A stretch of 64,000 nt of DNA, taken from positions 1 to 64,000 of IMG/VR virus record IMGVR_UViG_3300017917_002838; one strand, written 5' to 3'. The notes below the pieces were generated by a model. The model saw only the letters and a list, made by a program, of their open reading frames with translations, did no database searches and was not told where the DNA came from. The DNA is from a virus. The position numbers were made by a program, and so were the translations under genes. Positions 38,451-49,021 of this stretch are shown piece after piece; positions within the stretch are counted from its first letter, which is position 1; every line of letters begins with the position of its first letter.

Positions 38451-38751
38451 GCTTTTTCCTTAACTGTTTCCATACTACTTCTGTTTTGTGGGTATTTCTA
38501 GCATTGTCTACTGATCCAGAGTTTAAATATACTCCGCCCCAAACTCCGTACTCGTCATTTTCTACTCCAGAGCTATAGCAATTTTTAATTACTGGACAAG
38601 ATAGGCAGCATTGATCTATATTTTTTGCAATATTTATATCAGCTTCATATTTGTCATAAAAAAGATTTGTTTCCATGCCATTACAAATAGCAAGATTCCA
38701 CCAATTAAAATCTTCTGGGTCAAGGCCTAGTTCTTGTAATATAGTCGACAT
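38443..38751 (-). CDS. whiB: WhiB-family transcription factor
   Basis: W...A.C, C..CPV...C, GVWGG. Confidence 0.85.
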   Translation of the reverse strand: MSTILQELGLDPEDFNWWNLAICNGMETNLFYDKYEADINIAKNIDQCCLSCPVIKNCYSSGVENDEYGVWGGVYLNSGSVDNARNTHKTEVVWKQLRKKHG

Positions 38752-39027
38752 ATTTTTGCGGTATCTCCCACAATCCTTGATCATTTACAGGAATGCTTTT
38801 TGCAATCCCCCAGTGATTATTTCTAAACATTCCATGAATATCAAAAAAGCCTAGAGGAGTTTTTCTCCATATTATTAGAGAATACCCGTCCCAAAATGCC
38901 TCTTGTTGATAAGTTTTAAAATTTTTTATAAACTTATCAACTTCATGTTCAGTTATATTTATAGACATTTGCTTATAACAAAAGCCTAGATAAGTATTAT
39001 ACTACTTTAACCTAGGCTTTGTCAACA

Positions 39028-40071
39028 CTATTTCCAGTTATCTGGAATCATGTCAGATGCGCCAAGAGCCTTTGCTCTGCGCTTAATATGCTCTTTAACC
39101 TTTGGATCTGCTCCGCCTCTACCCCAAGACCTAATTGCATTCATTAAATCTGTGCGATTAGCTATTGGATATGACCCATCTGGCATTGCTTTTCCTTCTT
39201 CTGCCAATTTCTTTCTTTGAGCAGTAGAATAATTTCTTTTTACTAAATCATATGGATCAAATTTTTCAGCAAATAACGACTTGTCTACCTTCTCTACTGG
39301 TACACAATTTGGAACCATTCGTCCACCCTTTTCTTTCATACCTCTTTGTGTATATCCAGTCCAGCATTTTTGTAAAGTATTATCCCATTTATCTTCTTCT
39401 TCATTTTCTGAATCATATCTTTCAGAATTATCAGATTTAGCAACTGGCCAATTTATGTCATTTTTTTCTGGATCTCCAATTGGAGCTGGATTTTCAGACT
39501 CAGTTTCTGTTTCCATTTCTGTTTCAGAATTATCAGACTCTTCTTCTGGCTCTTCAATTAAAGCTTCAATTGCTTCCATCAAATGCTCTACAACCATTCC
39601 TAGTTGTTCTTTTGTAACTTCAGCACGTAATGCTTTTGATATTTCTTCATCATCTTCAATTTCAACAACTGTATCAAATTGTCCAAATTCTTCTGCAATA
39701 GCGTCCTTTAATTCTTCTAATAAATCTTGAGTAGATAAGTCTTTTTTCATATTTTTTTCTCTATTTACTATTTTTCTACTCCAAGAAAATCCTGCATCTC
39801 CGCCCCATGCATCCCACATAATTCTACCATTTGAAGGATTTGACGTATTATAAAAATCTTTTCCTTTTTTATCTACTTCATGTCTTGAAAAAAAAGAATA
39901 CATTCTTTTAACTGTAGAAAGACTTAGTGTTTCTCCTCTAGCTAACTGACCTGCTCTAGTCCAACCAACTTGTGTTCCAGCTCCAGTTGCCTTTCCTTCT
40001 TCTTTCCATCTAAGAGCACGTTTAGCAGCTGCCTTCATGCCAGATGTTGGTTTGTATCCTTCTTTTGCCAT
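39028..40071 (-). CDS. Modular hypothetical (probable virion-associated) protein
   Basis: Basic N-module, acidic linker, CW.GY..VPNCV and PDGSYPI modules. Confidence 0.6.
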   Translation of the reverse strand: MAKEGYKPTSGMKAAAKRALRWKEEGKATGAGTQVGWTRAGQLARGETLSLSTVKRMYSFFSRHEVDKKGKDFYNTSNPSNGRIMWDAWGGDAGFSWSRKIVNREKNMKKDLSTQDLLEELKDAIAEEFGQFDTVVEIEDDEEISKALRAEVTKEQLGMVVEHLMEAIEALIEEPEEESDNSETEMETETESENPAPIGDPEKNDINWPVAKSDNSERYDSENEEEDKWDNTLQKCWTGYTQRGMKEKGGRMVPNCVPVEKVDKSLFAEKFDPYDLVKRNYSTAQRKKLAEEGKAMPDGSYPIANRTDLMNAIRSWGRGGADPKVKEHIKRRAKALGASDMIPDNWK

Positions 40072-40246
40072 TTTGCTCCTATTTTATTTCTTTTATCTCT
40101 TGGACGAAAACTGAAATAACTTCATCGTCAATAAATATTATATCATTTAAATAATCCATGGCATCCTCTGCCGAGAATGCCTGGATCATAACTTCTGCAT
40201 CAACCTTTATTTTATAGGTTTTCATATAGCTATTATACTATTTTAA

Positions 40247-40713
40247 CTATTTCTTTGCGGATATGCCCTTTTTATCAACAGCATTAAATGCTTCATTAAT
40301 TTCTTCAACCGAGAGCTTGCCGTCGTCAAGAAAGGATCGGGCTAATTTTTCTACAACTGTAGCCACACCTAGCCCACCGGCTAGCATTACTGCCTTCATA
40401 GTATCAATTCCAACTACGGCTCCGGCTCCAATTACTGAAAGACCAGATGCCGCAAAAACTGCTACTATACGAGCAACTATATTTCCTAGACCACTCAACA
40501 TTATTCCTCCTTTTTGTTTCTTATTCTTAAAGTAACTATCCAAACAATTGTTGACCAAACTATTGCCCAACCAACTATTGTTCTGGCCATGCCAGTCAAA
40601 GTTAACCATGCTATAAAGAATCCAAGCAAAGTAAATGTTTGATTCATTATTTCAATGGTAGAATCCTTGACCCATGAAAGAAAACCTTTTATCATTTTCA
40701 TTACTAGTTTCAT
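40247..40713 (-). CDS. Two small membrane proteins (40247-40501, 40501-40713)
   Basis: Hydrophobic, coupled to upstream gene. Confidence 0.6.
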
Positions 40714-43172
40714 TAGATCCTCCTTGCTGACAATATGTTTGCTACTGCATTCATTACCTGAGATACAATAATCACAGGAATAATTACTTCTTGTGCTTTT
40801 TCTCTTTGATCGTCTGTCATGTCTGAACCGAGACTTGCCAATGCCTCTCCTGGATTAGACAATAGATCTCCTGCAAAATTTGCTAATTCTGTAAAACTTT
40901 CTGCTGCTCCAGCAAAAGCTGCTCCGGGATCAGTAAATACTTCTGCAATTGCTGTTGCTACTTGCTCCGCTTGTATTTCAGTCGCAACATCAGCAAGTGT
41001 ATATGGCATAGGGGCATTTTGATTTGCCTCCGCTCTCTGGCTAAATTGTTCTACAGCTTGCGCTATAACTTCATCTGTTTTAATTAATTCAGCCAATTGT
41101 TTTATTTCTGATTCAGATAAATTTGTTGATTTTATTACATCCATTAAATTTTCAGTTTCTTTTTCAGAAAGACCACTATCTTCTAATATATTTGCTATAA
41201 TTAATTCATCTTTAGAAAGGTTGTCATTTGGAAGAGTTTTTTCCTCGTCATCAATTATGGTCTCTTCAGGACTTGGAGAGTCTATATTTTCTTCAACGGG
41301 ATCTTCTTGCACAGGAGTCTGGTCTTCAATCGAATCTTCTTCTGCTGGAACAGGTTCTGGATTTGATTCATTATCGTCTACGGGATTCTGTTCATCAACT
41401 GGAGTTTGATCAATTGGTTCAGTTGGTTCAACAGGAACTTCTGAATCCGGATTTGGATTTGGATCTGGTTCCGGCTCTTCAGTGGGCTCGACAACAGGAT
41501 CGGGATTTGGAATTACTGGTGGAGGACTTGGTATCACAACAGGAGGTTCTGGTGCGGGAGGAGGAGCAGGTGGAACATATGGTTCCGGTGCAGGAGTTGG
41601 GGTCGGAGTTGGCTCGACAGGTGCGGGAGAAGTTGGAGTGGGCGAAGGCTCCGTGGGAGTTGGAGATGGACTCTGGGTGGGTTCTGGACTCTGGGTGGGC
41701 TCAGGACTTGGGGAAGGTGGAGGAGTAGGAGCATCTTTATAGGTAACAGAAACTATAAGAACTTTTACAACTCCTGGTACTGGATCTCCAAAAATAGTAT
41801 TCGTGGCTGATAGGTTTGCGCTAGACATATTTGTAAATTGTTGAGTTAATTGCGATGAAACATTTGATCCAAAATTTCCATCATTTGGATCTCCATACCA
41901 AGCATTTATTGAATTTATTACTTTGTTTTCTGGAGCAGTAATTGTTAGCGTATCATTTTCATTAATTGTATATTGTGGAGTAAAGGGAAGTGGTGCTGGA
42001 ACATATACTGGTGTAACATTTATAGAAGCATATAGATTAACTTCTCCGCTCCAGTTAGCAACCTTTATTTCATATTGACATCCATTTTGCAGATTATTTA
42101 TTACAAATGACGTTGGGTGCCCATCCGTATTTAAAGTTTGTCCCGCATAAGAATTTGAACATCCTTGAGGAGCATTTACCTGATAAAACCAAGTATTTGC
42201 ATTTGGGTGAGACGCAGATATTGTTGCTGACTCGTTTCCTGCTAAAGCAGATATTGTAGGCGCAATATCTGGTATATATGTAGAAACTATATTTGAGTCC
42301 GGAGAATAAACACTAAGACTATCGTTATCAGCTCTTATCTTAAACTGATATTGTTTTCCTCTACCATCTTGTGCAATTGTTGTGTATGGAATTGATATTG
42401 ATGTATTTAATGCAGTTGGACTTCCAACATTACCAGTTGCTATACCCCAACCATTTGTTGTAAAGTTTGATGTAGACCAACTTATAGCATATCTTTCTAC
42501 TGCAGTATTAGCTTCAGTTGGAGATGGAGCAGTCCATGATAATGTTACATTAGTTCCATCATGTGTTGCAGTTAATACACTTGGTGCATTTAATGATGGG
42601 GTTGGTGGAGGTGGAGCTACCTCTGTTGAAAAAGCAGAATTTGGAACTATTACAATTGAAGAATTTGGAAGTTGCCAAAATAATCTTGCTGTTGCACCTC
42701 CGCCAGTTTCATGATGAAGAATTTCTATTGTATATGATTGTCCTGCAACCATGTTAATCGATCCGGCTGAATTATAAAATCTTGGACCTTGTTCTACCCA
42801 GTTATATATAACATTAGTATTATTTATTCTTAATATAAAACCATCATCGCTGGAGTTTCTAAATATAATATTACCAGTAACTGGTGAAACTATTGTGCCA
42901 ATCCAAAGATTTGTAAAAAAATCTGGTTGACTGGGCAAGCATTGTGTTGCTCCGCCACCCCAATTATAATCTAAGTTTGAAGAAATACCACAATTTGTTG
43001 TAAAATTTGAAGGATCGAATGTTATTTGGGTATTTGGGGTGCTTGTTTGTTCTGCTTTTGAATACCAGCTAAGACCGGATGTAGGAATTCCGCTGGCAGA
43101 TTCGGCAAAGCCGAAGAAGGATGACCCTATAATCATCCCTAATGCGCCTAAAATTCTTAACCATTTGCCCAA
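40713..43172 (-). CDS. Exported PA14/FN3/lectin-like protein with Pro-rich stalk and C-terminal hydrophobic segment
   Basis: Signal peptide, SDDG, E.GGGA...L.W, FN3-like segments, FGDP.PG.VK.L. Confidence 0.72.
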   Translation of the reverse strand: MGKWLRILGALGMIIGSSFFGFAESASGIPTSGLSWYSKAEQTSTPNTQITFDPSNFTTNCGISSNLDYNWGGGATQCLPSQPDFFTNLWIGTIVSPVTGNIIFRNSSDDGFILRINNTNVIYNWVEQGPRFYNSAGSINMVAGQSYTIEILHHETGGGATARLFWQLPNSSIVIVPNSAFSTEVAPPPPTPSLNAPSVLTATHDGTNVTLSWTAPSPTEANTAVERYAISWSTSNFTTNGWGIATGNVGSPTALNTSISIPYTTIAQDGRGKQYQFKIRADNDSLSVYSPDSNIVSTYIPDIAPTISALAGNESATISASHPNANTWFYQVNAPQGCSNSYAGQTLNTDGHPTSFVINNLQNGCQYEIKVANWSGEVNLYASINVTPVYVPAPLPFTPQYTINENDTLTITAPENKVINSINAWYGDPNDGNFGSNVSSQLTQQFTNMSSANLSATNTIFGDPVPGVVKVLIVSVTYKDAPTPPPSPSPEPTQSPEPTQSPSPTPTEPSPTPTSPAPVEPTPTPTPAPEPYVPPAPPPAPEPPVVIPSPPPVIPNPDPVVEPTEEPEPDPNPNPDSEVPVEPTEPIDQTPVDEQNPVDDNESNPEPVPAEEDSIEDQTPVQEDPVEENIDSPSPEETIIDDEEKTLPNDNLSKDELIIANILEDSGLSEKETENLMDVIKSTNLSESEIKQLAELIKTDEVIAQAVEQFSQRAEANQNAPMPYTLADVATEIQAEQVATAIAEVFTDPGAAFAGAAESFTELANFAGDLLSNPGEALASLGSDMTDDQREKAQEVIIPVIIVSQVMNAVANILSARRI

Positions 43173-43253
43173 TTAAGACTACTCCAAGTATGAGTTTTGT
43201 ACCCATACACTAAAGATTATACCATCTTAACTAGTTTAAACTATTTTAGTTAA

Positions 43254-43436
43254 CTACTTTTTATTATCTGTTTTATAAAATCCTGGACCTTTAAACTGGA
43301 CGCCAATAGATTTATATGATCTAATCATTTTATATCCGCATTTTTCACATAAAGGAAAAACTTCTTCATCAGATATTTTTCTTTCAATTTCTTTATATTC
43401 ATCACAATTCATGCAAGTATATTCATATCTTGGCAT
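43254..43436 (-). CDS. FmdB-family Zn-ribbon protein
   Basis: MP.YEY.C..C, FKG.GFY.TD. Confidence 0.8.
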   Translation of the reverse strand: MPRYEYTCMNCDEYKEIERKISDEEVFPLCEKCGYKMIRSYKSIGVQFKGPGFYKTDNKK

Positions 43437-43492
43437 ACTTTATCCTATAAATAAAAATGGGGGCAGTTTACCTGCCCCCATAGTTTATCGCT

Positions 43493-44506
43493 TTACTTTT
43501 TGATTTTCTTTAGGAGAGCTGCATACTTCTTTTGCAAAGCTGTTAAATCAGCCTTGGCTTTTGCTAACTCTGCTTCTAGTGTTGCTTTTGTATTTGCAGC
43601 GGTCTTTTGTACAAGATCTACTGTTCCTAGAGCTTGTGCTAAATCTGCTTTTGTTTTAGCATGTGCAACTTTTTCAGCAGCAAGTTCTTCGGCAGCCTTA
43701 GCAGCCACCGCTTTAAGATTTGTTACTTCAGAAGCTAAATCTGATACAGTAACAAACTTTACTGTTGATTTCTTTGCTGCATCTAGTCCATCTACATCAG
43801 TAACTGCTCCTGGAAGAGCAATGCTTACAGCAGCCTGTCCAGCAGTTGCAGCATACTTTGTGCTGAATTTTGAAAGACCAGTTGTTGCATCTGATGCTGT
43901 GGCAGCAACTTCAATTGTTGCTCCAATAACAGTAACAGCTGGTGTTACTCCACCAACTACGTTACCAAAAATATCAGTTACCTTTACTGTATTTTCTACA
44001 ATACTTGCAGTGCTTACATCAGACTTAACTGTAGCATCAATATTATATGCTCCACCTGCTGTACCTTTCACATAATATGTAAGTGTATTTGAACCATTAA
44101 CAATTGTTACAGTTCCAACTTCAGTTGTTGTTGTATAAACAAAAAACTCTGCCGTATTTCCTGTACCAACATTAATTGTTAGGCTGGCAGCACCAGACTT
44201 TGAGGTTACTGGTGTTGTTGAAGTATGAAGAGCAGAAACTACAAAAGCTTTTGCTGTAGTAACAGCAACGCTGGTTCCTGGAACAATGTTTGATAGAGCA
44301 AACCTTACTGCATCTGTTGCTTCTACCTTATTGTCTGCAGGAACTGCTGCAATTGCAGCTCCAGCAATTGTATTTGCATCTGTGTCAGCAACTGAATTTA
44401 CAGTAACCACAACAGTTGGAAGATTTGCATGTGCCGGAGCAACTGCAATTAAAGAGCCTAAAATTGCCAAAGGCAATGCTAGAGCAATGTTCTTAACTTT
44501 TTTCAT
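43493..44506 (-). CDS. Exported Ala/Thr/Val-rich Ig-like protein with C-terminal coiled coil
   Basis: Signal peptide AHA, D.FGN. Confidence 0.6.
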   Translation of the reverse strand: MKKVKNIALALPLAILGSLIAVAPAHANLPTVVVTVNSVADTDANTIAGAAIAAVPADNKVEATDAVRFALSNIVPGTSVAVTTAKAFVVSALHTSTTPVTSKSGAASLTINVGTGNTAEFFVYTTTTEVGTVTIVNGSNTLTYYVKGTAGGAYNIDATVKSDVSTASIVENTVKVTDIFGNVVGGVTPAVTVIGATIEVAATASDATTGLSKFSTKYAATAGQAAVSIALPGAVTDVDGLDAAKKSTVKFVTVSDLASEVTNLKAVAAKAAEELAAEKVAHAKTKADLAQALGTVDLVQKTAANTKATLEAELAKAKADLTALQKKYAALLKKIKK

Positions 44507-44513
44507 TTATCTC

Positions 44514-44963
44514 CTAATTAATTTCTTTCAATGAATTGATTGTAATTACCCTTGGCTTTTTATCTTCTGGGATTTCTTTTACAATCTTAATAGAAAGTAT
44601 ACCATTCTCCATGTCTGCAGATACTACCTTGCAATGTTCTGCTAGAGCAAAGACTCTTGTAAACTTTCGTTTTGCAATACCGTGATGAACATAAGTTTCT
44701 TCTGTACTTTCTTGTCCACCCTCGATCTTGAGATTTCCATTCTCTTCTACCACTACGATGTCATCCTTAGAAAATCCTGCGAGAGCCATGTCAATAACAT
44801 GTGTATCGTCAGAAATTTTTCTGATGTTATATGGTGGGAAGGTCCCAGAATTAATATGTTTTACGTTTTCTAGTCTTGGCCATAGGTCATTGAATCCAAT
44901 AAAAAATGGATCAGACCAAAAATTAGATGGCAATAGGGAATTGAATTTATCGTATGTAATCAT
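44514..44963 (-). CDS. Small heat-shock protein (Hsp20)
   Basis: FPPYNI, ALAGF, GIA.R.F.R.F.L, NGIL. Confidence 0.92.
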   Translation of the reverse strand: MITYDKFNSLLPSNFWSDPFFIGFNDLWPRLENVKHINSGTFPPYNIRKISDDTHVIDMALAGFSKDDIVVVEENGNLKIEGGQESTEETYVHHGIAKRKFTRVFALAEHCKVVSADMENGILSIKIVKEIPEDKKPRVITINSLKEIN

Positions 44964-45033
44964 TTATTTCTCCTTTTAAGCGAGTATAGTTGATACCCCC
45001 ATTAGGCGGGTACCAACTATATTATATCAAATG

Positions 45034-45642
45034 TTACTTCTTTTTAGTAGCTGGCTTTTTAGCTGCTGGCTTTGCTGCTGGCTTTGCAGCAGCTTTTGTA
45101 GTAACTTCTTTCTTCTTTACTGGTGTACCAAATGCTGGTCTTCCAAATCCTACAATTGCTACTGGCTTGCTAGGCATAACCTTAGAGCCGTTCTTTTTCT
45201 TGTAGGCACGACGTTGAAGGCAAACTTCTCCGCCGTTTCTTTGATCTCCAGCCTTAGCTTTTGTTGTATTTCCTTCAATTACCATAACGGTTCCGTCCCC
45301 GTTATCCTTTACAACAATTCCAACGTGAGAAATTCTATCTACGCCGTCTGCTGGAAAGTCAAAGTAGGCAATATCTCCTGGCTGTGGACTCGCTTCTTCC
45401 GCCTTTTGCCAGGTTCCGGCTTTCATAAATGCTTGTGCTCCAGCTGGGGTATACACCGTATTTGGCATCTTTACCTGAGCCTCATTAGCACACCACATAA
45501 CAAAACTTCCACACCATGGTTGGAAATTTGAACCGGTAAATGCACCATATTTTGTTTCGTTATCTTTAGGACCTTCAATAGTTCCTTCTTCTGCAAGCGC
45601 AACTTCTACTAGTCGTGCTGCCGAACCTTGTACTGCTGCCAT
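45034..45642 (-). CDS. CHAP-domain cell-wall hydrolase (endolysin candidate)
   Basis: PWCGSFV, PGD, HVGIV, IEGNT. Confidence 0.85.
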   Translation of the reverse strand: MAAVQGSAARLVEVALAEEGTIEGPKDNETKYGAFTGSNFQPWCGSFVMWCANEAQVKMPNTVYTPAGAQAFMKAGTWQKAEEASPQPGDIAYFDFPADGVDRISHVGIVVKDNGDGTVMVIEGNTTKAKAGDQRNGGEVCLQRRAYKKKNGSKVMPSKPVAIVGFGRPAFGTPVKKKEVTTKAAAKPAAKPAAKKPATKKK

Positions 45643-45650
45643 TATTCTCC

Positions 45651-46109
45651 TTAGTTACCGTTGATCATAGTCGTTAGAGATGAAGTCATTTTCCATCTCC
45701 ACTTTTCGTGAGCAGTTATTCTATCTGCAAAAAAATTTGCAACGCCTTGCTCTTGAGCATCATTTGCAAGAATAAATGCTTGCTTTAGGTCGTTAATAAT
45801 AATGTCGTTAGAAACAACCAAAGATCTTAACATTTCGATTGGATTATTATCATTCATCGAAAGATCGTATTTTATAGTTGCTGTTCCGGAAATTTTATTG
45901 ACATCAAACTCTGCAAATTGTCTGAATATTCTAATCCATTCAGCGTATTGATCTATAGAATCCCACGCATCATTATAAATATCCGAGAACATTTCATGGA
46001 ATTGATCAAATAAAATTCCTTCTACATTCCAATGATATCCGTGAGCTTTTGTATAATAGACAAATACATTTGCTTGTAAAAGTCTTAATTGTTGCAATAA
46101 AGCTTCCAT
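45651..46109 (-). CDS. dps: Dps/ferritin-like protein
   Basis: K.H.YHWNV.G..F...H, D..AE.IR, H.K..W. Confidence 0.9.
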   Translation of the reverse strand: MEALLQQLRLLQANVFVYYTKAHGYHWNVEGILFDQFHEMFSDIYNDAWDSIDQYAEWIRIFRQFAEFDVNKISGTATIKYDLSMNDNNPIEMLRSLVVSNDIIINDLKQAFILANDAQEQGVANFFADRITAHEKWRWKMTSSLTTMINGN

Positions 46110-46153
46110 TATTAACTCCTAATTAATTTATTATCAAGTATACCATTTGCTTG

Positions 46154-46226
46154 CGCCCTAGGCAAGATTCGAACTTGCGACCAACGGATTAGAAGTCCGC
46201 TACTCTATCCACTGAGCTACTAAGGC
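46154..46226 (-). tRNA. tRNA-Arg(TCT)
   Basis: Cloverleaf, CTTCTAA loop. Confidence 0.92.
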
Positions 46227-46227
46227 G

Positions 46228-46300
46228 TACTTCCAACGGGGTTCGAACCCGCGTTACCGCCGTGAAAGGGCGGCGTCCTAGGCCACTAGACGATGGAAGC
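46228..46300 (-). tRNA. tRNA-Glu(TTC)
   Basis: Cloverleaf, CTTTCAC loop. Confidence 0.92.
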
Positions 46301-46301
46301 G

Positions 46302-46375
46302 TGGGGCGTGTAGGGCTCGAACCTACGACTACCGGATTATGAGTCCGGGGCTCTAACCAACTGAGCTAACGCCCC
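46302..46375 (-). tRNA. tRNA(CAT), probably Ile2 (lysidine type)
   Basis: CTCATAA loop, paired position 1:72, lacks initiator GGG/CCC anticodon stem. Confidence 0.85.
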
Positions 46376-46502
46376 CAACAACAAAGGCTATCATTTCTGA
46401 TAGCCTTTGTCTATAACTATAACATCCCAAGGTAGCGAGCCCGAATGTAGTAGGTGTTTTGGGGACCCTACTACTTAAAGTATATTACATAAATATTCTA
46501 AA

Positions 46503-47232
46503 TTATTTAGTTTTATTGTTTTTTTCTTCTGAAGCATATAAAGCTTTTAAATGCGCTATAGCTGCACTTCTAGTTGGGTGACATCCGACAAGCTTGCCGT
46601 CTCCCTCTTTAACTACAGCATATCCGCTGCATCCTGCAGCATTTTGTTTGATTTGCCAAGGCATTTTTTCTCCTTAATTATTTGGTAATTCTTTAGAGTC
46701 CATAGGAATTATTCCATACTCTCTAGCAACATTTAGACCTTCCTGTGTCATTCTAAAAGATGCCTCTAGATTTTCATCATATTCTATTTCTACATAACCT
46801 TCTTCATACAAGTTTTGTAGAACATTGTCTATGTGATCCATATGTGCACTCCACAATTCTGGGGCCACATCCTTTGCTTTATTTGTTATTCCATAAATAA
46901 ATTGACCATCATCATCAATTCCACTAAGCTCTATGGCACCTATTTCAATATAGTGATTTAATCTTTCATATTCATATTCATCGCCAAGATCTTCATCAAA
47001 CATTTTCTCTCATCGCTTCCTCTACTATTTGTTGAACAAACTCAGAAAAGTGTTTTCTGATGCTTCCGGCTGGTCTGCCATTTAACTCTTTCCATAATCT
47101 AGTATACTCTATTACGTTTGCATATGTAGTTGGGCATAGCATAATTTCATTATATTGTCTTAAAACGGTAGGAAGCGGGACGTGTTTACCACAACATTTA
47201 CATTCTTTTGCAAGTATTTGATATTTATTCAT
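46503..47232 (-). CDS. Three small hypothetical ORFs (46503-46664, 46674-47003, 46996-47232)
   Basis: ORF track and manual reading. Confidence 0.55.
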
Positions 47233-49019
47233 AGCATCTTCATTCTATCCAATGCTGTTGCTAAATCGCTAGGCATTGACTTTGGTGGTCTAATTAAATT
47301 TATAGAGTCTTTCTTTCCTTCAAAATATTCATCCATAGTCATGGATTCATAAGTATGTACTCTAATTTCTTTTTCTACTCCAGCATTAGATTTTGAAATA
47401 GCATTATAAATTGATCCACAAACTGCGTCCGCCAAATCTTTTGAACCTTTTCTAGGGTGATCAACTCGATCTCTCATAATTCTAAGCTGTAATAATTCAT
47501 CAATTAATAATGGTATATATGGTCCATGAAGTCTTTCTTCTAAAACAACCATAGCGAAATCGTCATAATGTTTTTTTGCAACCGACAAAAGTTCCGTATA
47601 TATGCTATATTGATTTAACTGTTGCATCATATCGTGAGAGTTCCATCTGTCAAAGGAACATGATCTTATCTTAAATCCCCGAGATTTTAAAGAAATTATA
47701 TAATCTTTTACTTCTGTAAAATCTACAGACTTATCTGCTGTTGGAGTCCAATATCTAATAGCATCTACGTGAACTATTGGTGCTGGTTGGGAATATTCAT
47801 TTGTTATTTTTACATTTACCCACTCTGACACATGAGACATTGCAACAGCGCAATGGTCGTGTTTTTGAGCTAAGTCTACGTGTATAAAATAGTCGACATC
47901 TTCTTTTGGCTTAAACCACTCTTCAAATCTTCCAAACTGATCTACAGCTATATTTGTATTACTGAAAGCTTTTTCTATTTTTTCTCTAGACTTAAAGAAA
48001 GCGTCTACAGCATCAGATGGCATGCATGCAAATCTTGCTAAGGCATCCGGCATATTTTTATAAAATTCAATTTTAAAATTTTCTATTTTTTTGGTTGGAT
48101 TTATATCCCATGTAGGTCTTTTAATTGCATATACTTTTGGTATTGTATATGAAATAATATGATCTTCTTCCCACTCAACAGTTATTTCATTTCCGTCAAT
48201 TCCGTCTGGAAGGTCTTCGTCCATCTTAAGTGTCTTACTTTGAATAATTGTTTCTTTTTCTGCTATTACTGAATTATAAAATTTTTGTATTGGATCATTT
48301 TTAAAACGAGGAAATGAAAGAAGTATAATCTTACCGAAATCTGGAAAACGAGAAACTACAGAACCTCTATACATATCATAAATAGCATCAGCGGTTTTAG
48401 CCTGATCGTGTCCTGTAGTATTTTCTGTAGCAAAACCAGAAATTTCATCAAGGATTACTGCTATTACGTTATAACCTTCCCAAGCTTCTCTTTCTGAGTG
48501 ACCTGAATGAACTGTAATATTTTTATCAAATTTTATCTCAGAAGCTTTTGGATCATATTTTCCAACAAACCAAGGAGATCTTTCTATTCTGGTCTTAAAT
48601 CCTTTAAAGAAAACATTGTTTGCTTGTTGTGCGTTAATAGCAATATTAAGAATATCTATAGAGTCTCCAGGTGGCTTACCATAGTATGTTGCAGGATCTT
48701 TAAGACACAACAATAGATACACCATGTATGAAACAGCTATAGTAGAACAATAGTCTTTGCCAGAACCTTTTCCGAGCTGTGCAATAATTTCGGTACAAGT
48801 TTGTTTGTATCTTATAGAACCTTCTTCTTTTCCAAATAACTTAATTAAAGTTGACTCTTTATATATCTGAGAAGACTTTTCAATAAGTGTATATTGATAT
48901 TCTGATAATGGTGGTAGACCTAAATAATCTGGGCTAGTTACAAAAGTTTTTAAATCTACTGGCTTTTCGTCAAACTCTTCGCCATCTAAAATATCTATAA
49001 TATCTGTAAAATCAAACAC
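47229..49019 (-). CDS. terL: Terminase large subunit
   Basis: GKGSGKD Walker A, ILDE Walker B, nuclease HVDL..D, DH....SKD.AD. Confidence 0.85.
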   Translation of the reverse strand: MFDFTDIIDILDGEEFDEKPVDLKTFVTSPDYLGLPPLSEYQYTLIEKSSQIYKESTLIKLFGKEEGSIRYKQTCTEIIAQLGKGSGKDYCSTIAVSYMVYLLLCLKDPATYYGKPPGDSIDILNIAINAQQANNVFFKGFKTRIERSPWFVGKYDPKASEIKFDKNITVHSGHSEREAWEGYNVIAVILDEISGFATENTTGHDQAKTADAIYDMYRGSVVSRFPDFGKIILLSFPRFKNDPIQKFYNSVIAEKETIIQSKTLKMDEDLPDGIDGNEITVEWEEDHIISYTIPKVYAIKRPTWDINPTKKIENFKIEFYKNMPDALARFACMPSDAVDAFFKSREKIEKAFSNTNIAVDQFGRFEEWFKPKEDVDYFIHVDLAQKHDHCAVAMSHVSEWVNVKITNEYSQPAPIVHVDAIRYWTPTADKSVDFTEVKDYIISLKSRGFKIRSCSFDRWNSHDMMQQLNQYSIYTELLSVAKKHYDDFAMVVLEERLHGPYIPLLIDELLQLRIMRDRVDHPRKGSKDLADAVCGSIYNAISKSNAGVEKEIRVHTYESMTMDEYFEGKKDSINLIRPPKSMPSDLATALDRMKML

Positions 49020-49021
49020 GG

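Noticed and set aside
10556-45531. Plus-strand ORFs antisense to Gly-, Pro- or Ala-rich genes (e.g. 10556, 31267, 39281, 41228, 43500, 45031)
   Set aside because: Shadows of biased codon usage on the coding strand; no RBS support.
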